Below are positions 11,251-23,181 of a DNA stretch of 64,000 nt, one piece after another. The stretch lies in assembly GCA_965197725.1 (NCBI GenBank), contig CBDANQ010000052.1, positions 1 to 64,000 of the forward strand, in the 5' to 3' direction. Positions within the stretch are counted from its first letter, which is position 1; the number at the start of each line of letters is the position of its first letter. Below the pieces are notes generated by a model. The model saw only the letters and a list, made by a program, of their open reading frames with translations, was not told the DNA's origin and searched no databases. The translations under genes and the position numbers were made by a program. The DNA is from Longimicrobiales bacterium (GTDB lineage Bacteria > Gemmatimonadota > Gemmatimonadetes > Longimicrobiales > Gaopeijiaceae).

Positions 11251-11420
11251 CATTCTGCCGGTACTGTGTAGAGAACGTACTGGAGCTTGACTGCCCCAAT
11301 TGCGGAGGCGGATTCGTGCCTCGGCCCATTCGACCGGCGACGCTGCTCTCCAAGTTTTCGGCCTCGACGAGGCGCGTGTTGCGGGAAGACGGCTGCGAGA
11401 CGTCAGAAGTCGTGGCGTAG
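11251..11420 (+). pseudogene. DUF1272-family protein, 5'-truncated by the IS21 end
   Basis: FCRYCVENVLELDCPNCGGGFVPRPIRP begins immediately at the IS end. The N-terminal half is absent. Confidence 0.7.
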
Positions 11421-11531
11421 CTCGCAAGGTCGACTTCAAGTCGCGGAAGGACCTGGTGGCTCGCGGTTTACTGACCTGCGCCGCATCTTGAGCGCATGGA
11501 CGCCATCACCAACGCAGCCCTGGGACCTCCC

Positions 11532-12741
11532 ATGCCCACACTACATCACCTCACCGCCGGCCTTATTCTCCTCGCCGCCGCATCCTCCGCCGAGGCACAG
11601 ATCCCGAGTCAGGAGCCGGATTCCGCCGGGGTCTACGAGTCCGCTCGGCACAACTTCCAGGTCGTCACCGTGGTGGAGGGTCTGGAGTACCCATGGTCGA
11701 TGGCGTGGCTGCCGACTGGTGAGATGCTCGTCGTGGAGCGGCCGGGCCGCCTCCGCATCGTTCGCGATGGGGTGCTAGACCCGAATCCCGTCAGCGGATT
11801 CCCAGCCGTGTATCGTCAGCGCGGACAGGGCGGCTTCATGGACGTTGTCCTACACCCCGACTTCGCGCAGAACCGGCTAGTCTACCTGACCTATGGGAAG
11901 CCGGACGAAGACGACTCGATGGGCACCACCACCGTGGTGCGAGGCCGTTTCGAGGATGACCGCGTCGTCGGCGTCGAGGAGATCTTCGAATCCGTTGCCT
12001 GGCATGGAAACAACAACCACTTCTCGGGGCGCATGACCTTCGACCACGAGGGATACCTGTACGTGGCGGTCGGCGACCGCTTGGCACCGCCGGACCTGCT
12101 CGCGGACCACCCAGCCCAGGATCTCACCAACCACATGGGCACGATCGTGCGCCTGCACGACGACGGGCGTGTGCCGTCGGACAACCCGTTCATCGGCCAT
12201 GCCACAGCCCTTCCGGAGATTTGGAGCTATGGCCACCGCAACATGCAGGGACTCGCGACCGATCCCATCTCGGGCGTGGTCTGGGTCGAACGAGCACGGT
12301 CCCCGAGGTGGTGATGAGCTGAATCTGATCCTGCCTGGCCGCAACTACGGCTGGCCGGTCGTCTCCCACGGCATCAACTATGACGGCTCGGTATTCACAC
12401 TCGAGGAGCACGTACCATGGATGGAAGCCCCGCGCTTCGTGTGGACCCCATCGATCGGGACCTCGGGCATGACGATCTACTCTGGCGATCGCTTCCCCTG
12501 GTGGCGGGGCAGCGCCCTGGTCGCGGGCATGAGGGGGGAGCGGCTCGTTCGCGTCTCTCTCATCGGCCGAGACGCGGTGAGCGAAGAGACGCTCCTCCAC
12601 CGACAGCTCGGCCGCATACGGGACGTGCGTGAGGGGCCCGACGGACTGATCTACCTAGCGCTCGAAGATGCGGACGGAGGCCTGACTCCGATCGTTCGGC
12701 TGGAGCCGGTCGACGGAGAGGTTGCGCCGCCGCGTCGCTGA
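11532..12741 (+). CDS. PQQ-dependent sugar dehydrogenase (YliI/Asd-like), frameshift near 12283
   Basis: Signal peptide, GLEYPWSMAWLP, GQGGFMDV, EIWSYGHRNMQG. Continues in another frame as NEHGPRGGDELN...NYGWP...GRIRDV. Confidence 0.88.
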
Positions 12742-12882
12742 CCATTCGGAGCGGGGGAAGGAGTCCCCGAGAGCGTGGCTCCGCCTAACACCATTAAGAA
12801 GGACAGGGTCAAGAGGATGCAGTGATCCTGAGAGCGGCGGGCAAAGCACGTCGCCTTTTTGTAGTGGGTTCAGAGGCGCAGA

Positions 12883-13537
12883 TCATCCGAGGCGCGTGCG
12901 CAGCAGGTCACGGCCCGATGGGAATCGCTGGATGTCTCCGACGAACGAGACGAGCGCCGTCGCGGTGAGGACGCCGATACCGGGCACGGTCATGAGAAGC
13001 TTGGCATCAGGCAGCTGCTTGGTCAGGTGCTCGAGCGAACGCTGCAGACTCTTGGCCTTCTCACGCAGCATCTCGATCTCGTCTAGAACATCTTGGAGTG
13101 CGTGGCGCAGGTAGGCCGGGACCACCTCATCGTCGAGCGCTCGGCGTGCATGCGGGATCACCTGCTTTGCCCCAACCGGGATCGTGACCCCGAACTCGCG
13201 CAGGTGCCCGCGCACGGCGTTCACCCGTGCGGTGCGGGTTTCCAAGTAGCCTGAGCGCAGACGATGAAGCGCAGCGATTGCCTGCTGGTCGACCGATTTG
13301 ACGGGGACCGGATCGATCGCATCGTTACGGGCCGCCTCGAGCAGTGCCTTGGCGTCCTCACGATCGGTCTTGTTCCCGTCCCGGTAGCGACTCACGTCAC
13401 CGGGCGGAAGCAGCGAGACTCGATGTCCCATCGCCTCGAAACAGACGATGCCGCTCATGCACATGGCCCGGCTGGTGCGACACCGCCACCTCGAACACCG
13501 ACTTTGCGAGATCCACCGCAACTTGCGTAGTCTTCAT
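12883..13537 (-). pseudogene. Degenerate IS110/IS1111-family transposase
   Basis: MKTTQVAVDLAKSVFEVAV start, NKTDREDA, LMTVPGIGVLTA. Internal deletion and C-terminal truncation. Confidence 0.85.
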
Positions 13538-13660
13538 CTCGGACTTCCTCCTCCATGTGTGGCCTTCGGGGCCGTTTCTTGTGTGCGGGGGGGTGGCCCA
13601 GCAGAATCACAATCCGGTAGGCGGCTCCTCGCGAGCGACCGGATCCGAAGGAGGACCTGC

Positions 13661-14296
13661 ATGAGCTCAGACGAGAGACCCAGCATCGAGCCGATGCCCG
13701 ACGGGCCCTACCTGGTGAAGAACCTGCAGCACTTCTCCAACCGGAAGGGAGCCATCGAAACCCGTGCCACCCTGGCGCTGTGTCGCTGCGGCGGATCAGC
13801 CAACAAGCCGTTCTGCGATAGGACGCATGCAAGGATTGGATTCTCCTCTGTCAAACTCGAGGACCGTGTACCGAACAAGCGAGAAGACTACGAGGCTGAA
13901 AGGATCACCATTCACGACGACCGCGGTATTTGCGCTCATGCTGGGCGTTGCACCGATGGACTCTCCTCGGTGTTCCGCTCGAAGCAGGAGCCCTGGATCG
14001 ATCCGCAAGGGGCACCCCCGGAGGAGATCATCGAGACGATCCGGAAATGCCCGTCGGGGGCGCTCAGCTACACGGTCGATGGCGTAGAGCACCGCGACCG
14101 GGAGGGCCCTGCGGCGATCTTCGTCTCCCCGAACGGCCCCTATGTGGTCACGGGTGGACCGCAGCTGCTCGACACGCCGTGCGGAGAAGGTGCTTCAACG
14201 GAGCATTTCACACTGTGCCGCTGCGGTGGATCGAAGAACAAGCCGTTCTGTGACGGCTCGCACGGGTATAACAACTTCAATGACGACAAGAACTGA
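13661..14296 (+). CDS. CDGSH iron-sulfur domain protein (two CDGSH motifs flanking a divergent 4Fe-4S domain)
   Basis: LCRCGGSANKPFCDRTH, CAHAGRC...CPSGAL, LCRCGGSKNKPFCDGSH. RBS GGAGG. Confidence 0.92.
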   Translation: MSSDERPSIEPMPDGPYLVKNLQHFSNRKGAIETRATLALCRCGGSANKPFCDRTHARIGFSSVKLEDRVPNKREDYEAERITIHDDRGICAHAGRCTDGLSSVFRSKQEPWIDPQGAPPEEIIETIRKCPSGALSYTVDGVEHRDREGPAAIFVSPNGPYVVTGGPQLLDTPCGEGASTEHFTLCRCGGSKNKPFCDGSHGYNNFNDDKN

Positions 14297-14569
14297 GCCA
14301 ACGATTCGGGAAGGAGCCGCGACAGGGTCAAGAGGATGCAGTGATCCGGGGAGCGGCGGGCGAACGTTGCGGGAACCGAGTTCGACGCTGTGTCGACCGT
14401 GTACTTCACATGCTTCGAGACAACGAGTCGCGTCGCGCCGTGCTCGGAACTTGTGCATCGGCGACCCCTCAGTCCTGAAACGGCCGTACCAACGGTGGCG
14501 GCCTAGGTCGATTGACTCCATTCGAGTCGTGCCGCAGACGCGGTGGCCCCGGGTGGCACGGGTTTCGGC

Positions 14570-14893
14570 ATGAAGGTCTTGCGCACCGCGGTGAGGTTCG
14601 CCAAGTGGATGGGTTACCTCAGCTTGGCGTGCGGTGTGCTCTACTCGTTCGGCGGTCTCGTTGTCGATCTGCTCACGATCGGCCTGAACTGGGGCACGGT
14701 GTTGGCGTTCGGGGCGCTCGTCGGAATGCCAGTCATCTTTGCTACGTTCGGCTTCCTCCTCTGCGCGCTCATCGGCCTCATCGCCCAGGGCGTCGGCGCC
14801 GTGCTCGACCGGATGGGGGGGGGGGAGGCACCTGAGAAGCGGAAGGTAGGAGCTCCTACCCTTGCCAGGATGAACAGGAAACAACATGGGTAA
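14570..14893 (+). CDS. Small hypothetical membrane protein
   Basis: Two to three hydrophobic segments. The C-terminus after a long G-run (~14815-14825) is uncertain. Confidence 0.6.
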   Translation: MKVLRTAVRFAKWMGYLSLACGVLYSFGGLVVDLLTIGLNWGTVLAFGALVGMPVIFATFGFLLCALIGLIAQGVGAVLDRMGGGEAPEKRKVGAPTLARMNRKQHG

Positions 14894-15248
14894 CACCCAG
14901 TGAAGGGACATGGGTGACAGTCGTGGAGGCTAAGAAGGTGAGTTGAACGTCCTCCCGCCGATGGAGTCAGAAGCGTACGCTGCGGAGGATGGTGTGCCCA
15001 TTCCAGGCAATAGGAACGCTGGAGCGTTTCACTAGCGGGCGTTCATTATGACCGGCATGCCGAATCTCCATGTGCTCCAAAGATCAGCGTTCTCGATGAG
15101 CTCAACTATGAAGTGAGCGACATTTGCACGGGCGATAGGGCGGCCCGTGAAGATACCTGTGGTCGGGGACGGTTCTAGGTCATAGGGAGAGATCTCAGCG
15201 TTGATCAACAAGTCTGGACGAACACTGCACCACTCCACGTGCTTACTT

Positions 15249-16705
15249 GAAGCTGTCCCAACCGTAGTTGAAGGTCCCTGATAGGGGAGAAAGAAAAGTG
15301 GTGGCTCCGGGGGTCCCGGGCCGATAGGCTCGGGTAGGCAAAAACCCCAACACGGAGCCACCACGATGAAGAGAACGTACGAGGTAAGGGATCGGGCGGA
15401 CAAGCGAGCGATCAGGGAGTTCCTGAAGCGGGAGGGGCAGTTTCTGCTTCCGATGCTTGAGCTCGTGGAGCAGACGGAGGTCGCGATCGACGAAGTCATC
15501 CAGGTGATGGGACGAGCGACGATCGAAGCGGTGCTGGAGATGAGCGCCGAGGGTGTGGCAGGCGTGAAGCAGGCAGGTCGGTCACGAGCGGAAGACGACA
15601 CGGTGTGGTATGGCCGGCAGGGTGGTGTGGTTTACCTGTTGGACCGGAAGGTGCGTGTGGAGCGGCCACGGCTCAGGCGCCGGGGCGCCGGGGAGGGTGG
15701 CGAGGTCGAGGTGCCGGCGTACGCAGCGATGCGGAGACCGGGCGCCGTGGCGGATCGGATGCTCGAGGTCCTGATGGCGGGGGTGAGCACGCGAAAGTAC
15801 GGCCGTGTGATCGGTGAGATGGCCGACACGGTCGGGGTGAGCAAGTCGGCGGTGAGCCGTGAGACGGTCGAGGCCTCGGAGCGCGTGCTGAAGGAGCTGA
15901 TGGAGCGCCGGCTGGATGCGTGGGACCTCCTGGTGATCTACCTGGACGGGATCCAGATGGGCTCGCACCACGTGCTTGCTGCGGTAGGCGTGGACTCAGA
16001 CGGAAAGAAGCACGTGCTGGGCGTGAGGGAAGGAGCGAGTGAGAACGCCGAGGTGACCAGCGCGCTCCTAGAGGATCTGGTCGAGCGCGGCCTGGACCCG
16101 GGCAGGCGGCGGCTGTTCGTGATCGATGGCTCGAAAGCGCTCAGGAAGGCGATCGAGAAGGTGTTCGGCCAACGTCACCCCATCCAGCGCTGCCGCAACC
16201 ACAAGCTCCGCAACGTGCTGGGTCATCTGCCGAAGGATCAGCATCCTCAGGTGAAGGCGGCGTTCCGGGCGGCGATGAAGCTGGACGCGAAGCAGGGCGA
16301 GCAGAAGCTCGAGCAGCTCGCCCGATGGCTCGAGCGCGACCACCCCTCGGCCGCAGCCAGCCTGCGCGAAGGCCTCAGCGAGATGTTCACCATAAACCGG
16401 CTCGGCCTCCCACCGCGGCTGAGGAAGTGCCTGGGCTCGACCAACCTGATCGACAGCACCCACTCGGGCGTAAGACGGAAGACCCGCAGGGTGACTAACT
16501 GGAAGAACGGAGCGATGGCCTTGCGCTGGGCTGCGGCCTCGTTCGTGGAAACCGAGAAGAGCTACCGGAGGATCATCGGCTACGACCAGCTCTGGATGCT
16601 CAGGGCCCACCTCGACGACCATGAACCGGTTGCCGAAATGAGAAAGACAGGCTAACCAAGAGACTCTCCGGCGCCACCACCTTCAACTGTCAGCGGGACA
16701 CCATC
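15249..16705 (+). mobile_element. IS256-family insertion sequence, copy 2 (diverged)
   Basis: TIRs related to copy 1. 8-bp TSD GCTTACTT at 15241-15248 and 16706-16713. Confidence 0.95.
15366..16655 (+). CDS. IS256 transposase (intact, 429 aa)
   Basis: GVSTRK, IYLDG, FVIDGSKAL, QRCRNHK, STNLIDS. Confidence 0.95.
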   Translation: MKRTYEVRDRADKRAIREFLKREGQFLLPMLELVEQTEVAIDEVIQVMGRATIEAVLEMSAEGVAGVKQAGRSRAEDDTVWYGRQGGVVYLLDRKVRVERPRLRRRGAGEGGEVEVPAYAAMRRPGAVADRMLEVLMAGVSTRKYGRVIGEMADTVGVSKSAVSRETVEASERVLKELMERRLDAWDLLVIYLDGIQMGSHHVLAAVGVDSDGKKHVLGVREGASENAEVTSALLEDLVERGLDPGRRRLFVIDGSKALRKAIEKVFGQRHPIQRCRNHKLRNVLGHLPKDQHPQVKAAFRAAMKLDAKQGEQKLEQLARWLERDHPSAAASLREGLSEMFTINRLGLPPRLRKCLGSTNLIDSTHSGVRRKTRRVTNWKNGAMALRWAAASFVETEKSYRRIIGYDQLWMLRAHLDDHEPVAEMRKTG

Positions 16706-17422
16706 GCTTACTTCCCTTGCCCACGCTCTGATGGAGATGCTCTGCCGCAGTTTCGTTATCGCGATGCGGAGGCACGGTGTGACGCAAGACGGCCAGGAGC
16801 CACTGCTCAAACCAGGCTCTCTTCTCTTCGAGGTCGGGATTCCGGACCCCCACCGTGTTCATGAGAATGAACTTGGTGGGTCTGGTGGGTCGGTTCTCTT
16901 CAATGGCGTTGCACAGGCGCCGAGCCGCGTCCGTGCACAGTCTTCGCGGCTCTCCGAACAGCCCCTTTAGGTCCATGACATGTCCCAAGCAGGAGACCAC
17001 GGCATCACAATCCCTTACATGTTCTGCCATCTCCTCATCGGTCAAGTCGAGCACACTCGCTTCAATGACGGTGGAGTTTGGGTGATCCAGAACCTCGGCA
17101 GGGAGTTTGCGAGGCGAGCGCACGACGGCGCGAACCGTGTGACCCTTGCTCAGCAACTGCGCGACTAGGGCCCGCCCCGTCATGCCTGTCGCTCCAACCA
17201 CTAGTATCGTCATGGGCGTGCTCATCCGTTGGCCGGTGTTTCAGGAGCTGCTCTCGGGTTCGGCCTTTCTCTCACGCGGCCCGTCGCGTAATCGTTTGGG
17301 AGGCGAAGGTAACACGGACAAGGTGGCGAGCGGCAAGCGACCGGAGTACCACCTTGTATGACGACGAATAGGTAGTTTCGTTGGGTACACAGGGTCGGTA
17401 GCCCGTCCCGCCTAGGGTCCTA

Positions 17423-18620
<1,198 letters not shown>

Positions 18621-18626
<6 letters not shown>

Positions 18627-19376
18627 AGCTCCCGCTCCCGGGCGGAGGTGCGATTGCACTTTGGGGCTGCGACTGTGCCAGAGGCTGACTTCAGACTCGT
18701 CAGCCAGGCTATTGAGCGCGTCGGACCAGGCGGCCAGATCTCGCCGTCCCTTTGGCGAGAGGTCGTAGTAGCCGGTCTTAACGCGATCGAACCACCCGTA
18801 GTGATTGTCTCGCAGGATCGGTCCGGCTCGTGAGACTCCGGTGCGCTCACGGAGAGCGCTGACCTTGAGGACGCCCGCATCGGTCAGTTCCCGGGCGCAC
18901 CGAAGAGCGTCCTGCCGATACGCGGTGAGTCGTTGGCGGGAGGATGAGCCCCCAGCCTCCGGATCCCCGACTCGCTCCGCGAACTCTTTGAGCAAGCGTC
19001 CGCGGCGTCGAGCGTTAGGCTTGGGGCGATACGGCGCGGGATCCAACACCGGCACGACGTTCCCGCGCCCAGAGACCGTGAGGAGGCCCACGCCGAGGCG
19101 GCGAAGGAGGCTCTTCACGTGCTTCCTCCGCGAACGCCATGAGGCGCTGTGACCTTTCCCGATGCGGAACGCTACGTAGACAGCGTGAGAGACGGTGAGC
19201 CGGTCGACGGCTTGAAGGACGAGCGCGAGGTTCAGTCGCTCTTTGAGCTCGACTACGACCGGGTCTTCGTCGCCTCGCACCGCCACGATGTCGCATGGCC
19301 CGATCTCTCCCTTCACGATATAGCCCTGAGCCTCCAGGAACCGCTTGATCGGGCCGTAGAGATCGGCCTCAGGCAT
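18621..19376 (-). CDS. DUF2161-family putative PD-(D/E)XK protein (cassette-like)
   Basis: EADLYGPIK, VKGEIGPCD, VVELK, LQAVDR, LTAYRQDAL, ILRDNHYGWF. Lies between two attC-like sites. Confidence 0.85.
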
Positions 19377-19506
19377 TGAATGCCACCGCGCTGCGCCTCC
19401 TCTGGCTTCCCCACCGCGCGGAGCTGCCCGCACGATCAACGCCTGATTATACCGTGGTGGGGAGAGTGCAGGCCAGGCTGGTGTGGTGCGCCAAACGCGG
19501 CCATCT

Positions 19507-19802
19507 AACACTTATCAGGCCCCCGGAGTCAAGAGCGCGCATGTCCCCCGGCGCGTCGCGGAGCGGCGCGTAATGAAGTGAGCGTCGGTCGTCGAGTCCT
19601 CTGACTTGGTTTCCGTCAACAGGTGCGAGCACTTCCGAGCTCTGCACCAAACACTTATCAGGCCCCCGGAGTCAAGAGCGCGCATGTCCCCCGGCGCGTC
19701 GCGGAGCGGCGCGTAATGAAGTGAGCGTCGGTCGTCGAGTCCTCTGACTTGGTTTCCGTCAACAGGTGCGAGCACTTCCGAGCTCTGCACCAAACACTTA
19801 TC
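19507..19802 (+). repeat. Perfect tandem duplication of a 143-bp unit at the IS1111 end
   Basis: Units 19507-19649 and 19650-19792. AACACTTATC recurs at 19507, 19650 and 19793. Confidence 0.95.
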
Positions 19803-21250
19803 GAGGTTCAACCGCCGGGTGCCCTTCGAGGCGAGCTCGAAGGAGCGGCGGAGCAGGAGCCTGCTGTGGGCTCCTACGACCTAGAAATTCATCTGTGCCC
19901 TCGTGCCGTCCGACTCCATTCAAGGTGAGCAGGCTCGGGCCGTGAGGCGCCGGACCAGTTAGCTCCGGGCTCGGGTGAGGGGCAGAGTCCTGAGTTAGAC
20001 CGACTTCGATGTGTGGGGAGCGGGAGGAGGCGTCCAATCAAGCGAGGCGGCTGTCAGGCATCCGGTGCCCGCTCGAGTTAGAAATCGGGGCTCGCGACCT
20101 CCCCTCCCCGTCAGGTGCGTGTATAGAAGCGTTCGGTGTGGAATGCCTCCCCGTTCTTGAGCATGAAGTAGGTGGCGCGACCGATGCGAGCCGCGAGGAT
20201 GCTGAGCGCCTTGCCCTTGCCGTGGCGGCGCGCGAGCCTCTTGAGATGGCCCTGGCCGCGGACGTTGTCGCGTAGGAAGAGGACGGCAGCCTCGCTGAAC
20301 GCCCACTTGAGGTGTGCGTTACCGATCTTGGCTCCTCCGCTGCCGACCCGCTTGCCTGCACTGCGGTGCTCGGGCTTGGCGAGTCGACAGTAGGAGCTGA
20401 AGCGCTGCACTGTGCTGAAGCGAGCGATGTCGTGGATCTCATAGAGCAGCGTGAGCGCCAGGATCCGACCGATGCCGGGGATGGTTCGGAGCCGCTCCAG
20501 CGTGTCGGAGTCGTGGACACGGGCTTCTTCTTCGACCGTACGCTCGAGTTCTCGGATCACGGGGTCGTAGCGATCGGCCAGGGCGAGGTCCGCCTCAATG
20601 GTCCTCTGGATCATGGGATCGTCGAACGCCTGGGCCAGTCCCTCTCGGTTCTTCTTGTAGAGGAGCTGACCCGGGGGCCGAGGCAGGTTGTACTGATGAA
20701 AGGTGTTGCGGACGTGGGCGAGGAGCTCGCCGCGCTTGCGCACGAAGTAGAGTCGGCGCCGGAGCACATCGCGCGTGGCTCGCATCTGGGGAGGATAGAC
20801 GTAGGCCACCGGGAACGCACCACCACGCAGCAAGACCGCCGTCTTGTGCGAGTCGATGTGGTCGTTCTTGGCCTTGGCCCCGTGGATCGCCTTCATGTAG
20901 AGCGCATGGCCGAGCACGAAGTGGATCTGCTCACGAGCACATAGATCGGCGAGCCAGTACCAGCAGAAGATGCACTCGCTGCCCACCACGAGGTCCAAAC
21001 GGTAGGGCTCGAGGGCGCGAAGCAGTGCCTCGCGCTCACAGCGTAGCCTCTTGTGCAGTCGTATCTTGCCCTGGCCGTCCAGAACGCAGAGGTAGAGCGT
21101 GCGAGCGTGAAGGTCGATGCCACAGTAGTATCGATGCTGGCCGGTGTAGAAGCGCATGGTTCCCCTCCTGGGTTGGATGGATCGAGCGTCGCGCTCTGAT
21201 CATTCCGTCCTCTCTGTGAGAGGTCCAGGAGGGGGCCTGCATGAGTATCA
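19511..21250 (-). mobile_element. IS1111-type IS110 element inserted in attC-like site 2
   Basis: Sub-terminal IRs CAGGCCCCC / GGGGGCCTG. CA at both junctions. Long non-coding region 3' of tnp. Removal restores ATCTAACAAGGGCTTGAACC. Confidence 0.82.
20111..21157 (-). CDS. IS110/IS1111-family transposase
   Basis: CGIDLH, KAKNDHIDS, TIPGIG, HRSAGK, GNAHLKWAF. Confidence 0.95.
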   Translation of the reverse strand: MRFYTGQHRYYCGIDLHARTLYLCVLDGQGKIRLHKRLRCEREALLRALEPYRLDLVVGSECIFCWYWLADLCAREQIHFVLGHALYMKAIHGAKAKNDHIDSHKTAVLLRGGAFPVAYVYPPQMRATRDVLRRRLYFVRKRGELLAHVRNTFHQYNLPRPPGQLLYKKNREGLAQAFDDPMIQRTIEADLALADRYDPVIRELERTVEEEARVHDSDTLERLRTIPGIGRILALTLLYEIHDIARFSTVQRFSSYCRLAKPEHRSAGKRVGSGGAKIGNAHLKWAFSEAAVLFLRDNVRGQGHLKRLARRHGKGKALSILAARIGRATYFMLKNGEAFHTERFYTRT

Positions 21251-21353
21251 AGGGCTTGAACCTGTCCGGGTAAGCTGCGCGGGTCCGAAGCGCACGAACG
21301 TGCGCTTCGGGTAGACATCGTGCTCCGGGAGGTTAAGCCCAAAGACGTTAGAA
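21250..21353 (+). repeat. Integron attC-like site 2 (R'' box displaced to 19503-19509 by the IS)
   Basis: AAGGGCTT(G)AACCT ... AGGTTAAGCCCAAAGAC-GTTAGAA. Homologous to site 1 with compensatory stem changes. Confidence 0.8.
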
Positions 21354-21357
21354 AGCC

Positions 21358-21765
21358 CTAGATTTTCCCAGAAGTGGGCTGGGTTCTGGACCGAATCCAT
21401 TCGGTGAGATGGGGTTCGTCGAGGCCGCTTGACGCGAGCGCCAACATCGTCTCAATCACTTCGTCCCGGGGCGCCACGAAGTCGAGTCCGTTGAGGCCGA
21501 GAAAGATCACGGCTGCGAGAAACGCAGTTAGCTTGTTTCCGTCTCGGAACGGGTGACTCGAGCAGATCCCGAAAGCGTAGTCCGCGGCCAGTCGCGCCAG
21601 GTCGACGTCGTTCTCGTAGCTCCACCGCTGCCTCGCACGGGCGAGCGCAGACTCGAGCGCGTTGTCGTCGCGGACGCCGATCAGCCCTCCATGCTCTCGT
21701 ATCTGATCGAGGTGCACCGCTTCGACCACGAGTCGCGGAACCCAGCGCGGTTCCGCCACCGTCAC
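21358..21765 (-). CDS. doc: Doc/Fic-family toxin (death-on-curing)
   Basis: HGGLIGVRD, LESALAR, HPFRDGNKLTA Fic/Doc motif. Confidence 0.9.
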   Translation of the reverse strand: MTVAEPRWVPRLVVEAVHLDQIREHGGLIGVRDDNALESALARARQRWSYENDVDLARLAADYAFGICSSHPFRDGNKLTAFLAAVIFLGLNGLDFVAPRDEVIETMLALASSGLDEPHLTEWIRSRTQPTSGKI

Positions 21766-21989
21766 TTCGCTAGTTCCCTCAGGGCACTCTGGTACCGCTT
21801 CTGTGCCTCCGCTCCAATGGCAAGTCCTTCCTCAACGTCCGCATCATAGGAAGTTAGCAGAATCCCGTGGGCAGTCTCAACCGCCAAGACCTCGTCGCCG
21901 GCCTCAAGATGAAACCGCTCCGCGAAGTCTCTTGGCAGAGTTGCCCCGACTGAGCCGCCCATCTTTCGAAGTGTGACAGACCTAACCAT
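21762..21989 (-). CDS. AbrB/MazE-type antitoxin
   Basis: LRKMGGSVGATLP and C-terminal YQSALRELAK. Overlaps doc by 4 nt. Confidence 0.9.
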   Translation of the reverse strand: MVRSVTLRKMGGSVGATLPRDFAERFHLEAGDEVLAVETAHGILLTSYDADVEEGLAIGAEAQKRYQSALRELAK

Positions 21990-22113
21990 TTGGGCCCCCT
22001 AGTAGCACCGTAATGCTACCAGAACCGAGGCTTTATAACAAGCGGTCGTATCGCTCAGCTAGTGCCGATTTCAGTCGCTTGAATTGTTCGGTCATGGCCG
22101 TCCAAGATGGGCG

Positions 22114-23181
22114 CTACTCCGCAGCCGCCGCCTCCTTCTCGTCCCCAACGCTCCGGGCGACCTGCGCGAGGTCACGCACCTCTCCCGGCAGCCGGTCGTC
22201 CCCGAGTGCGCCCATCCACGCGGGATACCCTAAGGGGATCCTGCTCACTTCGTCGAGTTGGGTCACCTCGTTGTCGCTGAGTGTCACCTCCACAGATCCG
22301 AGGTTGTCCTCCAGCTGATCCATCCGCTTTGCCCCTATGATCACGCTCGTCACGGCTTGCTTGTGGAGCAGCCAGGCAAGCGCGATCTGGGCTACCGACG
22401 CGTCGTGGGCCTCCGCAATGGGCCGCATGGCGTCCACGATGTCGAAGCCCTGTTCCTTATTGACCGGGGGGAAGTCAAACGTGGCTCGTCGCGTGCCGTC
22501 CGGGCTCTCACCACGCGTGAATTTTCCGGAAAGGAATCCTCCGGCGAGCGGACTCCAAACCAGGAGGCCGAGCCCCTGGTTCTGGATGAGCGGAATGGTC
22601 TGCTGCTCCAGCTCTCGTCCGACGAGCGAGTAATAGGACTGCGTGCACTTGAACGCCTCGAGGCTCCGCTGCCCCGAAATTCCCAGCGCCTGCATCAGCT
22701 CCCACGCCTCCATGTTGGAGCACCCGATGTAGAGGACCTTTCCAGCCCGGACGAGATCGGTCAGCGCGACGAGCGTCTCTTCAATGTCGGTTTCAGGATC
22801 GGTGCGATGGATCTGATAGAGGTCGATGTAGTCGGTGCCGAGACGTTTCAGGCTCGCTTCAGCGGCCTGAATGATATGCAGCCGCGAGAGCCCGACCTCA
22901 TTCGCGCCTGGCCCTATGCGGCCACGCACCTTGGTCCCTATCACCACGTCCTGACGCCTGCCCTTCAACGCCCGACCGAGAATCTCTTCGGACTCACCGG
23001 ATGAGTAGATATCGGCCGTGTCGAAGAAGTTCACCCCCTCGTCGAGCGAGCGATGCACGAGCGCGTCGGCGTCTTTCTGACCGAGAGCGCCGATCATCTC
23101 CCACTGGCTGCCGAAGGTCATGGCACCGAGGCAGAGCTCCGATACGAAGACACCGGTGTTGGCGAGGGGGCGGTATTTCAT
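22114..23181 (-). CDS. Aldo/keto reductase
   Basis: VSELCLGAMTFG, FFDTADIY, SLKRLGTDYIDLYQIH, WSPLAGG. Confidence 0.95.
   Translation of the reverse strand: MKYRPLANTGVFVSELCLGAMTFGSQWEMIGALGQKDADALVHRSLDEGVNFFDTADIYSSGESEEILGRALKGRRQDVVIGTKVRGRIGPGANEVGLSRLHIIQAAEASLKRLGTDYIDLYQIHRTDPETDIEETLVALTDLVRAGKVLYIGCSNMEAWELMQALGISGQRSLEAFKCTQSYYSLVGRELEQQTIPLIQNQGLGLLVWSPLAGGFLSGKFTRGESPDGTRRATFDFPPVNKEQGFDIVDAMRPIAEAHDASVAQIALAWLLHKQAVTSVIIGAKRMDQLEDNLGSVEVTLSDNEVTQLDEVSRIPLGYPAWMGALGDDRLPGEVRDLAQVARSVGDEKEAAAAE

Larger units (their letters stand above)
12802..14361 (+). repeat. Two copies of a 41-bp sequence (12802-12842, 14321-14361), probably IS1111-type end remnants
   Basis: GACAGGGTCAAGAGGATGCAGTGATCCkGrGAGCGGCGGGC with 2 mismatches. 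Each copy follows a gene end and an RYYYAAC-like box. Confidence 0.7.
15032..17225 (-). pseudogene. NAD(P)-binding atypical SDR/flavin-reductase-like oxidoreductase interrupted by IS256
   Basis: VVGATGMTG Rossmann motif at 16706-17225. Continues as HVEWCSVRPD...IARANVAHF at 15032-15248. Confidence 0.88.

Noticed and set aside
19507..19802. CRISPR array
   Set aside because: The two 143-bp units are identical, there are no unique spacers, and no cas genes are present.
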